A DNA stretch of 64,000 bases from Balanoglossus misakiensis (Eukaryota; Animalia; Hemichordata), in assembly GCA_040954595.2 (NCBI GenBank), contig CM082584.2:9753061-9817060 (forward strand). Reading direction: 5' to 3'. Shown piece by piece: positions 43,373-56,304 of the stretch. The translations under genes were made by a program, and so were the position numbers. Under the pieces are notes generated by a model. The model was not told where the DNA came from. It did no database searches and worked only from the letters and a program-made list of their open reading frames with translations. Position 1 is the first letter of the stretch. Every line of letters begins with the position of its first letter.

Positions 43373-44778
43373 TGTCGACGTTTATTTGTCAAACTGAAAT
43401 CAACTAACAGTATATGGAAAGACAGTCAGTATCACGTAGAGAGAAGCTTTTGGGTCTGTTAATACTTTTAAAAAGAAACAGAATTATTCTTGGACAAATT
43501 AATCATTATCAAAAACTAAATTGTAATATACACGTCGTCTATACTTGTTTCATCTTTGAATACAAAGGTGAGCAGATATAGAATAAAGGTTTTACATTTT
43601 CAACATGTAACTTTGATCTTTAAATTGATTTTGCGCCCGAGTGCGTGGAAGGTTTTGTATTGATTGCATGCTCAGCAATGTTTGCTTAGCCAAATATTAA
43701 TGCGGTTTATCAGGTAAAGGTGTAAAGGTATGGCCCTCAACATACTCTAAATAGTAATTCGGGAGACTTCTTGGCTTTGGCAAACTTATCAGTATGTATG
43801 TTGACGTTTCGTTGGAAATGTTCTGTTGTCATCGATAACAGAAGCATTCACTAGATAACAAGATATTTTACAGATTTTTTTTCCGCTATAGGGTATTCTG
43901 TTAGCGAGGCCTTCAAATATATAACTTATTATAACAAGGAAACACGTAGGCTTATATTCAAGTCAGAATAAATTACTGGAAAACAAGGAGAAAAAGACCC
44001 ACGTTCGGATAGCTAACCCAACTTATTTCAAGAGCTCTTTGTAAACCACACATGCGCACATATTAAATGCAGATACTTTTAAAACACAAGCTGGAGAAAG
44101 ACCTGATTTTCCAAACCAAATGACAAAGTGGTAACAAAATATTCTTCCGATAAGTTTTAAAAGTACATCTGGATTACACCATAGTTTAATTAGGATGACA
44201 ATGACGAACTTTCTCAAAATGATGACAGGGCGAGGGTGTTGAATATGTATCTCTGTAGCGTAGGTATAAATAAACGTAGCTGGTACAGCTGTATACATCG
44301 TGTGGCTGCATTCAGTGTTTTGACATATATCGGTGCTAAATCTAAGTACATGTACTAGACTGTTGCAAGTCTCAAGGATTACCTGATGAAAATGAGTTCC
44401 TTCGCCGGTACTGGCTGTCTTCTTTAGATGTAGTAGGCTTGAGCTCTAAAAGAGTTGTTTTGTCGTGGTCTCGAGTCTCGGCTATGTCACTGTTTGGAAT
44501 GTTCCATTTGGAAAACCTTCGGACTGATGACTACAGTTCTATATACATGTATTCTTATTCGTAAGGTTGTTTGGCCGTTCAGGAGAACTCATGTGGAATG
44601 TCCATTTTGTCTTTGCATTGTACTCAATCATAAAAGTGAAAATTGACAATTATTTGTGTTACTTGTATTGGAACATTTGTTGTAACTCCTCCCTGTCCTT
44701 CAAAAATAGAATAAGCCTCTTTAATGGCATTATTTTCAGTTAATAACCAATCCTCCCAGGATGAAAACACAGATAACT

Positions 44779-44822
44779 GTTGGTGGCGCTATCACCACCA
44801 CTGGCAATCCCCCAAACCCTCG
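44779..44822 (+). repeat. About 44-bp imperfect direct repeat, copy 2
   Basis: gttggtggcgctatcaccaccactggcaatcccccaaaccctcg. Confidence 0.75.
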
Positions 44823-45367
44823 CACTGTTATCAGACACAAATACACAGAGACACAAGCTTCTTATTCCTCAAAGAAGACTAATTGAAACAAAACATTTAT
44901 TTCAGTTTTCAATCTGAAACAATACAAACGAAGATTTCCAAAGCCAGTTTCTTTCACCTGATGAAATCAACTACAATCAATGTTTGACACACACACCAAA
45001 AAACACATCGTGTGTTCAGTTTATCCTACAAAACACAGTAGAGTGACGACTGGCATCCAACTGTCAACAAACGCTGTAGGGTTAGGGATTTTCTCAGAGC
45101 ACTCCTGAAAGAAACAAATGTAGGCAAGGTATTAGTCAGTATAATTATTCTTTTTGACCTTCTGGTTTTCTGTGCGTAAACAAAGTGGCGTTGTAACCTC
45201 AATATCAAAAGTATCAAATACGCTTTAATTGTTACAGGGAGAACACTCCTTCAAGTGTACTGAGCCGATTAAAATACATAATATATTCTCCCAAACGGGA
45301 CTGTGGACACTGTAAAATGATGTGTAACAACACTTACATGCATATTTTTATGGGTAGATAAATAACG

Positions 45368-46554
45368 CTACTTCTCCAAAGCCTTCAGCAGCGCTTCGTG
45401 CACATCCAGCGAGATTTGCGCCTCAGCTTTCTTGAGTTCATCAGTGGCTGACATCACTTCTTGTTGTGCTTGTGACAGGGCTTGCTCCACTGCCTGCAGA
45501 ACGATCAGAAAGATGGAACAAACGAAATCAGCATTTCCATTCCTAGGCTCGGGATGAAGGCCTGTATGCAGGGTTTAACTTTACTCGACAACTATAGCAA
45601 CTCTCTGATTTTCCTCAACATGGAGTTATGAATTCACTAATTTAACAAAGAGAAGTATTAAACTGTTCACTGACATTGACAAAACAAATGTGACACTACT
45701 CTCACTTACTTGTCTGTCGATTCGATCAACCGGCACAGCTTCTTCGGCTAAAACTTGTACAGAGGAATCTCCATTGACCGTAACAGTACCACTACTGACT
45801 GTAAAAAAACAAATGTTACCAGTTCGATGATGTCAGGCATTACTAAATTTAAAATCCTCTGAACAAGAAGGTAAACTGATCATAATTACGCTCACTCAGA
45901 GCAATGGCAAACCGATGCCTAACTCACTCTAAAAGTCTTGCTATGATGATCCTGACTAGTAGTATATACTCACCAAAATATTTTGTTTGTGTGCCATCAT
46001 TGTCATAAACTACAACAACTCCTGGCTTGAGGACAGATAAAACTGGCACATGCTGTGACAGTATACCATAATTGCCCGTTGTGGACGGCACATCAATTTG
46101 CTTCACGTCAGCGTTGTTATAAAACATCTGAAAGGGAATATCTCTCTTCTATTACAAGTGTATGGACATAGACTACATGTAGAGGCAGTGGGTAACAGTT
46201 ACGTTAATAGTGAAGTCTCAGATGATGAATACTTGCTCATCAACAAAACTGTGAAAATGTTTATTATTATAACGGTGACAATTCTCACAGGTTTCACGGA
46301 CGTAACATGATTGTTTCTTACGATAGCAGAACACGAGATTTCGATCGGTCGACAGCGCAGTGCATGCTGGCACTGCACCGATCGGTAAGTTGTCTGAACC
46401 AGGGGCTTACCTCTGTCGGTGTGGCAAAAGTAAATGCCATTTGTGTTGATGCTACAGCTTCTTCGGCATATCTCCTCACGGGCTGCACTGCTGTTACGTA
46501 CCTAAAATTCCTAACTGCACAGGAAAGTCTGCTAAAACTCCTGAGAAGAGACAT
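45368..46554 (-). CDS. ATP5F1D: Mitochondrial ATP synthase F1 subunit delta
   Basis: Exons 46411-46554 (transit peptide..QMAFTFATPTE), 45974-46127 (VKQIDVPSTTGNYGILSQHVP..LKPGVVVV), 45710-45798 (VSSGTVTVNGDSSVQVLAEEA), 45368-45493 (KAEAQISLDVHEALLKALEK). Confidence 0.97.
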
Positions 46555-47480
46555 GTTGCCGGTAAAGCTCTGCAAAATGGCTGCCGTCAGGGCATATCCC
46601 GGCATTCATTTCGGTGACCTTCTTTTCAGATCATGCGTTGGGGGCGTATGTCACCCAGAGCTGCACGTAGCACTCAGAGGTATTTGCATGCAGGAGACCA
46701 AAATCTTCAATGTGGCTTATATTATTCTACGTTTTACGAGCGTAGCCAGTCTATCCTCAGAGGCAATTAGATGTTTCACCATTTCCACGTTTTTTTCGCT
46801 CAGCCTCGGTGGACAAAAAATGACGAACCAAGCCTTGAAGCAAAGGACACGAACGGAGAGTGTCTCTTGACACCATACAGTTGCTATACTTGGACACCAG
46901 TAAACATTTGAAACATATCAAGTTGTTATACATGGGCAAGGCAAATCAATTCGAAGTGGTGGTGGTGGTAGGGGGGGGGGGAATGAAGATCACATCACAC
47001 ATTTAGTATAATTTAAATGGGTCCAATTTTATTTCACCAGAAGATTATATATATTCCATGCAACTGACAATCAGTCCGCAGGACTTTAATTTTGTATTCA
47101 TTTCATCCACATCACTCCTCAGAATCCAAGCCTTTGGTGAAATCCTCGTCGATGTCACTGGTTGTTTGATGCCCGAATGAAGCGGGCTTGACAGGCTTGT
47201 AAGTGTAAAACCAAACCAGGAAGTTTGTTGCTTTGAAGTATGGTGGAAACAACGATATTGGTAGAGTATCAGTTCAAGTGTATGTAGTCACAAAGAACAA
47301 GAATGATGACACTGATGTAATTTAACTTTCTGGGATGATTTTACAACGACTTGCAGCACAACATAAAAAAACATCAGTGGGATATTCTCTATTAAAATTC
47401 TAACAAAATCCCGGAACTCTCAAAACTTGGGTTACAACACACGAATAAAATTAACTCCTCTTCTCTTCTCTCTGCCAGGG

Positions 47481-48447
47481 TCACTTGAGTTTGCTTAACA
47501 CCTCTTTCGAAACCTGTTGAAAAGAAAATAGAGACAATATAGGAGATTACTGGGGAGGACACACAAAGCTTATTTTACAGTTGACAAGGAAACAAAAACA
47601 GCTTTCAAACTATTTCATTGCTGCCTGTAACGTAAAACACATCATGGCAGAAGTGCAACTCTGGAGTAGAATACTTCATTGTATCTTCATGGGATGGGAA
47701 ATTTACAATTGTAAACTTCAATTAAAAAGATGACTGTATTTTCATACTTACACAAGCGTCTCGACAGTGCAAGAAATCAAAGAGTTCCTGAGTGCATGTT
47801 TCCTCTGTTTTGCTACGACTGCTTACTCTATCAGTGCATATATCAAATTCTTCCTTTAGTTTGGCGCATGCTGAGAGCTGTTCACACTTCTCTCTGATTT
47901 CTTCTACTGGATCCTGGTGAGGAAGAATGTTATATTTCATCACAACGAACAAAACAACAGCAAACGCTGACAACATCAAATCGCAATTGAAACAGAACAA
48001 ATATACATGACAATAGATATTTTTGTTATAAATCTTCTCACAATAATATTTCAATAATCTGTTTTACAGGTCAAAGTTCACTCACTGGAACATCTTCCTC
48101 ATCTTCGTCTTCCTCCTCCTCTTCCTCCTGTGTATGACAAAAACTTTCCACCATTATGACATGATTTTACCACACGTTTTCAGAAGGGCATTTATGAACT
48201 AAGTCTAGGTGGGTCGTCAATGTCCACGGTTGGAGTACGTGACCATGCATATCGACCAGTCCGTCGTCGGTCACTCGAACCGGCATTTTCACTTTGTCAG
48301 AAAAGTACAGTATATCCAACTTTGTAACTTTCCAAGCAAGTTAAAACATTTCCAAGGATGGTGAGAAGCTGTATCTGATTCATATCGGTGTCGAAACCTT
48401 ACCTCTGGTGGGTCGCTTTCGTACTCACGTTCGTCGCCTAACGCCAT
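47481..48447 (-). CDS. UQCRH: Cytochrome b-c1 complex subunit 6 (hinge protein)
   Basis: Exons 48403-48447, 48086-48127 (poly-Glu), 47752-47913 (DPVEEIREKC..CTDRVSSRSKTEETCTQELFDFLHCRDAC), 47481-47513. Confidence 0.96.
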
Positions 48448-48640
48448 TTTGCTGTACTATGTAACAGTGAATGCCCGGATGTGAAGATGACCGCAAACTT
48501 AGAAAGACTAGTTTCTATTGGCCCATCTCGGCACCAATCAACATGTATGTTTTATAAAAATTAGTTTGTTCGGGTAAGGTCAAGTCTTTCCTCATTGTAA
48601 ACACGGAAGTTGTTTGTCTGCTAGACACAGTACTGGGTAA
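48448..48640. promoter_or_regulatory. Probable bidirectional promoter for UQCRH and CLCC1
   Basis: Head-to-head ATGs 560 bp apart; ETS/GABP-like ACGGAAGT near 48603; CCAAT/ATTGG boxes near 48517-48537; YY1-like GCCATTTTG over the UQCRH ATG. Confidence 0.6.
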
Positions 48641-49006
48641 ATACTTACAGAAATACAGAACCAGGCACATACTTTCAATTTTGAACTACTTTTAACTTAC
48701 AGTTTCAAACAGGCATCATTTACGGAGGATGTAGTATCACTTGCGCATTCGTCGGAAGAATATTACAGCCTTCACAACATAACGCCAGCAACTCAGAAAA
48801 TCACTGTACTGTATTTGTATCAATATCATTCGTGTGACGCAGGCACACAAGGTAACGTATGCTGTAGCATTTTCATGAACTGTAACGAATGTATTTAATG
48901 TAAGATACAACATTATTATATGTCACAAAGAAAACGCTAAGTGTCATCCTGTTATTTATTTAAAAAAAATAAAAGTACATTATTCTCATTTTATTAAAGA
49001 TTGACA

Positions 49007-52000
49007 ATGGTTACCAGGTGGTGGATATTTGTGGTATTGGTTGGTTCTTGTCTGACAGCCTCTGACCCACAGATGAAACTCAAGTATACAAACCAAGATG
49101 GGTGGGTGGACCCAGGGGATATGCTAAACTATGATACAAACACAAAAACGATGAAGAATGTACCAAAAGAGGTACTGTACATTATTTTGTGAAATTATTT
49201 TCAACAGCAGATAGTCTGTCTGTCTTCATTTCATGAATGGGGCAGCAGTCTAAATCCACTGCAGATGGACTTTTCTTAATTAAAGGATTTTATTTCTCTT
49301 GCACTGGCAGAATCCGTGCAAGAAGGTTGAAGAGGAACTGTTCGACTGCATCAGTGAGCAGGAAAGGTGTCAGTCGTCACTGCAAGAATGCAATGATAAA
49401 CAGCAGTCTGAGGCCGAGAGGACACAAGAATGTGTCTGTGCAGAGACGTGTGCGGATGACAAAGATGAAGAAGAAAAGAATGACAAAGGAAGTGGCAAAA
49501 CAGTGGATTGCGAGGTGCCCTATTTCAAACAGTTCATCAGGTCCATTTTCAATCAAATGGCTGCCAAGGTAGGTCATGGTGAGATGCTTGGCTGGCTCGT
49601 TTTATTTGGTGAAGTGATGGGATAAAAGAGTCTAATTCTAATTCTGTCTCTTGATCTAGAGAGGGGTGGACCAGACCTTGAACTTTGAATACCAGGTTCG
49701 ACTGACCTCGGATGACTGGCACACTCTGGACAAGTTCATTCACACCGACAAGGGAACTGTCTACGATGTCCATAGTATTCTGAGTAACATGGTGAAACGT
49801 GTTGACCGCAGTGATAAACCAGTGAATACCTGGAGACAGTGGATTGAAGACCTCTTTGGGACTGACTATGACACAGTGGTTACATCTACTGTCTTTGTAA
49901 GTTTCTCTTTCTGATCCAAATCTTTTTCCTTATAAGATTTTAATCAGTGAAAAGAAAGTAAAGGGAAGGCAATGTATACTGTTAGTCATGAGTTCATGAG
50001 TCTGTAAATTTCATTCCACTAGGTTTTAGGAACTGTCTCCTTCCTCGTCTTTGTCGTGAGTTCTGAGATTATGTCCAGATGCTCCTGGTGGAAACAGATC
50101 ATCAGGGCTTTCATCTTGCTCTTTGCCATCAGTGTGCCTTGGAACTGGATGCACATGTATAAGGTAAAATATAGTTTTTAATTCACTTGGAGCATTGTCT
50201 ATAACTCTTTATAGACATATAACTTTTGGCATAGATAGAATCTTCTGTTGTTGTACAGTCTAAATTAGGTTGAGTGGTGTGGAAAATATACTTAATCAAA
50301 ACAATGATAGCAGCCACCTTCCCACACATCTGCCAGGGGGCTTATAGTACCTTCCACTGCTTGTTTGTATCAGGAAGCTGTTGCTAAGAAGTATTCCTTA
50401 GTAACAAAGGATATCCCAGATCACTGCAAGCCTGGAGGTTCAACTGTTGCCAGTGGTATCCAGGAATGGTTCTATTCCATGTTTACTTTCTCCGGTGATC
50501 AGTGCACGGATTACCACCAAGCGCTGATGGTGGACCCCATCCTGGAAGTTGCACCTACCCAAGTAATGTGGCAAACTTTTTTTATATATTTTTTTTTCAA
50601 CAAAGGCATAGTTAAATCATGATTACAAACAAGAAAAGGATGAGTGTCTATATTTCTTGACACATTGAACAGGATTACCCTTTCCAAAATAATTTTAAAA
50701 ATACTTTTGGTTTCACTTCACAGGCTTTAGTTGTTACCTTCAGCAAGTTCGTCATGAAACCCTTGGAGCACCTGGGAGAAGCCATGGGCAAGTTCTTCCA
50801 CAATTTCTTCAAGGACATGCCCATGCAGGTCTGGCCGATCGCAACGGCCATGCTTTTGTTGGTCTTTGTGCTGTCGATGATCATGCTGTGTGGATACAGC
50901 ATCAAGTTTCCATTCTACGGAGGCATCGAGGCGCCAAAAGGGAAACGGAGTGGGCTGACGTGGGAAGAACAGAAGAGCATAGAGCAGGCGAAACAACAGC
51001 AACAACAGGTGAGAGGGTTGTCACTGGTGGTTTGTTATTATCGTACGTGTATCTGGGTGCATAAAGGCGAAATTATGTGGCCAGGAAAATATTCTGGAAG
51101 GGCTTTTGGGATTGGTTTACTAAGCAGTGAATGATAACATCTGAAAATAATTCTTTAAAATTTTGCAGATTGAAGAAATGGAAAAGACAATCAAGGCCCT
51201 GAAACAGAAGGAAGAGCAGAGAGAGCGACTGATGCTGACACATGGAGAGATGTCTGAACTTCCAGCAGGTCAAGTGCACTTCAAGTCCAAGAAGGCAATA
51301 CAAGCAGAAGAAAGTCCTGTGGAGGATCTTGCACACCATGCCATATACTCTACAGAGCGTAAGGATATTCAGACTATTTACGAGAAAAGTCCCACTTCAG
51401 ATCCGCATATGGCCGAACCAGTTGAAGGCAAGTACATGAGTTACGCTGAGAAGGCGGGTGGCAAGGCAGGTATGGCGGGAATGCTTAGAAGAAAGCTGGA
51501 AAAGCCCGCTGATCTGCTGGAGAGTTTTAAGGTACTGGATCCAATGACAGAAGAGAAGGATAGGCTTGCCCGTGAAGCAAGTTCATCTATTGCACAAGCC
51601 ATCCCTGAGAGTTGCAGTGCTGCTGTAGGAGTGAGTGCGCCCTCTATGGTGACAGATGGTACAGTCGAAGCAGAAGATTCCCCGGCAGACCAAAGAGAGG
51701 CCAGTCACGTTGAAGACATCCACGTGAAATCAACCAAGGCACAGGTGAAGGAGTCAGGTGTCAAGCCAGAAACAGGAGAAACAAGGAGCAGACCTGACCA
51801 TCAAGATGACAAGGGTGACGGAGATGCCAGAGTGGGGTGCGAGCCACAGCCGGGAACCAGGGTCCAGGATCTGCAAGTTGAGCACAAAACCGAGGCTGCT
51901 GCTCAAGACGAAAGTGAAGGAACAGCCACAACTGAGACAACTCCAGCAGAGGAATACACAGAGAGCACAAGAGCGGGCCCCAACTTCCCCGATTCCCCTC

Positions 52001-52239
52001 CGCGGTCGTCAGTCCTGACAGAATCCACAGAGTTCATCACACAATCCACCATGGACGCCATACGGGAAGCGGAGGTCGCCGAGCTGTCCCCGGTCGCCGG
52101 TAGCGACACAGAAGGGAGTCAAAACTCGGAGGATGACTTCGTCGTCTTGAAGAAAGAGAGTATGGAAAGCCAGAGAGGTGAGCTGGAAGAGGCCGCCATG
52201 GACAGGAGTGGAATACTGGCGGATGTCAGCTTAGACTAA
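49007..52239 (+). CDS. CLCC1: Chloride channel CLIC-like protein 1 (ER membrane)
   Basis: Signal peptide followed by WVDPGDMLNYD. Exons 49007-49171, 49311-49568, 49660-49896, 50023-50163 (SVPWNWMHMYK), 50374-50562 (CTDYHQALMVDPILEVAPTQ), 50724-51008 (PLEHLGEAMGKF), 51169-52239 (long acidic tail). Confidence 0.93.
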
Positions 52240-53060
52240 CCGTTGAATGAGGAACTGGTGTGATCGCATTGATCTACCGTAGCTGTGGCATTGTATTAAG
52301 CTTTCAGTGTACTTTCAAGCCAAGACTCTTCCACACAGAAAAGCTGCTTAAATTCTACCATTATTCATACTAATGAATTACTATATTTGCATTTACATAA
52401 TTATGAAAGGGAAATTTCATTGAAATGGGGACAGGGGAGAAACGTTCGATGAAGACAGTTGTCATGTTTCATAATTGTTTGGCTGTACACTGCAAAATGT
52501 TTAATTATGGCTAAATGATGAAACTGAGGGTAGCTAGCTTACATCTGAAACCAGTAAAAAATTATGGTAGGAGTTTGTTCCACGCATCAAGGATCAATGT
52601 AAAAGTCTTTTCAAAGATAATGGCAACAGACTAAATTGTGGATGGAAAAAATTAAGGCTTTGTGGCTAAAATTTATGGGGATTCAACTCTAAATATATTT
52701 ACATTGCATTTTAGAATTAAAAATTCACCTTGCTTTAACCTTGCACAGACTTGTGCTTTCATTTGTCAACTGGCATACTTTATCACAAAAGAACACTCGC
52801 ACATATATCCACATGAGTGAAAAGAAAACTACACAATTCAATTTGGGGTTCCTCGAAGTTATTTTTATTCGATCAAATATTCACCAGGGTTGAGAATATT
52901 TCAGTGACATAAAATTCAGCTCATCCATTGCACAAAACGGCTCAAGGTGTTTCACCACATTTATCCCACACCAGCACCAATTTTGTCCTTGAGCATTTGA
53001 ATTTTAATCCAACCACGGAGCTGTCCATTTGATGGTATAGATAGAATAGGGTCGGACAGC

Positions 53061-55711
53061 TTAGGAACTCTTGTTGAGGTCTTCGGAATGTCTGTGCACC
53101 GCATCAATAAATGCTCCCAGGTGTTCTGGCTTGGCATCGGGATAAATGCCGTGTCCCAGGTTGGCAATGTATCTCTGAGTTCCAAACTGGCCTATCATCT
53201 CTTTGACGTATTCGCTGATCTCTTCTTTGCTGGCGTATATTGCACATGGGTCCAGGTTTCCCTGCAGCGTTACTCTGTCACCAGTCTGTTGCCTGTGAAT
53301 ACATATTGTGGCAAAATTAATACGTGACAAGTTCTCAAATCCTAGAAGAGATTTCCCCAGGAGCTAGAGGTCAGAGTCAACTGGGACAGACTGAAATAGC
53401 CACATACCTTGCAACAGCAGGCTTGACCGTCCAGTCAATTCCAACCACATCATAGTTGCTTTGAGAGAGTTCTTCAAGAGCATAGTGGGCACCTTTGGCA
53501 AACACAGTCTGAAGAAAATAAGAAAATATTCATTATGTTTAGTTGTATTGTAGTAGAGTTTTCTTTCCTTGTGTCTGCTCTTGGTCTAAGACTCAAACAT
53601 TTGTTGTTCAATATTTCTGTCTTGTGCACATACAATCACACAAATAAACACACACACACACACACTAACCATAGGTACTGGCTCCACAGACTTGCTCTTG
53701 AGTTTGTCTTTCACTTTGTCCGCAATCTGTCTGAGATATGGCAATGAGTATTTGCAGAATAAATCATAACCTAGAATTCCAGCGTGCGACTCAAACAACT
53801 GCAACAGCTGGAATCAAACAAGAAAAAACAAGTAAGAAAATCATTGCTGAAATCTTCCTAGTTCTCCTACATAGCACTGTAAGGTTGGGATGGGGATGGT
53901 TAAGAAAACAAGACCTGAGTTGACTGACCTGAGCACCTGCTAGAACCTGTCCTACGAGGTAATCTACAGTCACGTCTGTGATCAGCTGTAAGAATCGATG
54001 ACTGGCTTCAGGATGTGTGTACAGCCACGCCTTGGATTTGGAGAATGTAGTGGAACCAGCGCCTTCAATGCTGTATGCCATGAGAGTCCACTGCAGGGTG
54101 GAAATGCATTCAGAATAATTTGTGATAATTTTCAGTTTCTACTATCATCTATCATTACAGTCATACAAGTTTGTCACCATCATTTAGTAGGATGAAGTTT
54201 AGACAACTAAGAAATCCCATGTGATGTGATCCCAATAAAGAAGGATGAATTCCACTCACAGGAGCCCCGGCAAATCCTATAAGTGGAACTTTGCCCTCCA
54301 GTTTGTGTCTTGTTAAAGTTATCGCTTCAAACACGTAACCCAGGACTTTATCAACATCGACATCCTTCTCCAAGCGATCCAGATCTTCAACTGTGTCGAG
54401 GGGATTGTCAAACACTGGGCCCTGTGGTTAGTATGAGAAAGTACATATGACATACATCAGAGACAAGACCTAAATACTGATAATTTCAGCGAGTAGTTCT
54501 GTGTCTACCGGTCACAATACAAATGCATGCAAACAGAGATGTTAAGTGACCTACTTTTCCAGGAACCATTTGCACTTGTAGACCAATGGCCTGTGGGATA
54601 ACAAGGATGTCTGAGAAAATGATGGCAGCATCCAGATCGAACCTCTTGATTGGCTGAAAACAGAAACAAAGAACAGGAGTCAGTGTCGGCTGTTTGCGTC
54701 TTACAAATTTGATTAGAATCAATCCACAAATCTGACATGACCGTTGAAAAGAAAATAATTGAAACTGTGAACCATTCCAACCTGTAGAGTCACTTCACAT
54801 GCCAAGGAGGGAGTCTGACAGACTCTGAAGAAATCGTTTTCTGCTCGAAGTTCCTTGAATTCTGAAACAGAAAGTGATTTGAGGGAGCATTTTCAAGATG
54901 CTTGTAAGAGCTGTGGCTGGGGAAATATCAAGTGAAACGTTTTTTAATTCAGTCACAATACACATGACCCTTGTGAAAATAATGATGATGATATATTCCT
55001 TTCCAAGTTCCCTTTGACTGAGGGCACTTTGTGACATGGCACAAACATAGTCACGTGCAAAGTAACCAATTTCAGCCTAGAGCAAATAAAATCACATGAG
55101 ACATATACTCTACAAGTTGCCACATTATCAGTATCTGCTAAAATGCCGTGAGCTATTGTTTTCCCAAAATGAAAGAGATGAAGCCAATACTGTTGGATTG
55201 CTCTGGGGAGGAGATGTACCTGGAAGGTAGCGTCCAGCTTGTCTCATCACCCACACTGGTACCTTCTCTGTCTTCTCACCACGCGCTGCTCGCAAGATGA
55301 GATCATTCTTCAGGGGAGGAAAATTCTGGGAGGAAACATGTACATGTACCAAATTTGGAGTGGGTTATACATTGAAAAAAAAATGCACAAGAGTTGTGAC
55401 AGTGCAGATTTTGATAACTGTTCCTTCGAGCGTTGCCACGCAACGTAAGACGCGTAGCTCGAAGTTTTGCCTGGGGTTTCAATGCTGAGGGCAGCAAATG
55501 TGGCTTGTACGTCACCCAAACCAGGCAAAACCTCGAGATACTTTGTTACCGAAGGCCACTCTGTAAAAGTCCCAAGGTCGGTTCGATGAAATTGGTTTCT
55601 CTGTGTGTATTTGGGAACACATACTTAAAATTGCAGTCAGGTAAACGACTGAATCGAACTGTAAACAGTAAGATCGTACTGACTCACCTGGCTTACTTTG
55701 GGCGCAGCCAT
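53061..55711 (-). CDS. UROD: Uroporphyrinogen decarboxylase
   Basis: Exons 55688-55711, 55220-55325 ([13 protein letters not shown]), 54782-54861, 54555-54653 ([12 protein letters not shown]), 54260-54421 (PLIGFAGAP), 53929-54090, 53670-53807 (QLFESHAG), 53408-53508, 53061-53292 ([18 protein letters not shown]). Confidence 0.98.
53648..53665. repeat. (CA)n microsatellite in a UROD intron
   Basis: acacacacacacacacac. Confidence 0.85.
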
Positions 55712-56304
55712 TTTGAATATGACCCCCTAACACAATGAAGATTTACAGTTACACGCACTGAGTCCGTTTATTTACAGAACACCATGCATAACAACACTCT
55801 GCCTCAAAACAGAGGATGAAAAAAGTGCAATTTTTTTCAAGCATTTTCTGTGATAACTACGATTCAAATATAAAATTCTATATGAAATTTTAAACGTCTC
55901 AGATGGAATATTTACACCTCCAGATATATTTATATAGTATGACTTCTAATCACCTGCTTCTATAGTAACAAAATAATTAGCCTCTGTATCATGCATATCT
56001 GCAACCTTGAAATTCATTCAAACAACGCAAATAACCAACTTTCTAGAGAAATGGCTAATCAGTATATATACGAGTATCACACTCTTTTGATGGTGTTTTA
56101 TGTATAGAACACCAGGGGCTACTTGGCAGCCAGAATAGTGAGAAAATCTGCACAACGATGAAAGATTATTTATTACGGGAAACTGTCACGGAAACTTAAT
56201 TATGACTGGGTATCAATCCTTTCAAATTCTGGTTGGTGGTTTCTCATAAAGGCAGTCTTCTTAACATTCGGGCACCAGCATATCCAAGGTGATTTGACGA
56301 TTCA

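Noticed and set aside
54105-54190. Possible C/D-box snoRNA in a UROD intron (ATGATGG...CTGA on minus)
   Set aside because: Imperfect C box, no terminal stem, and too close to the 3' splice site
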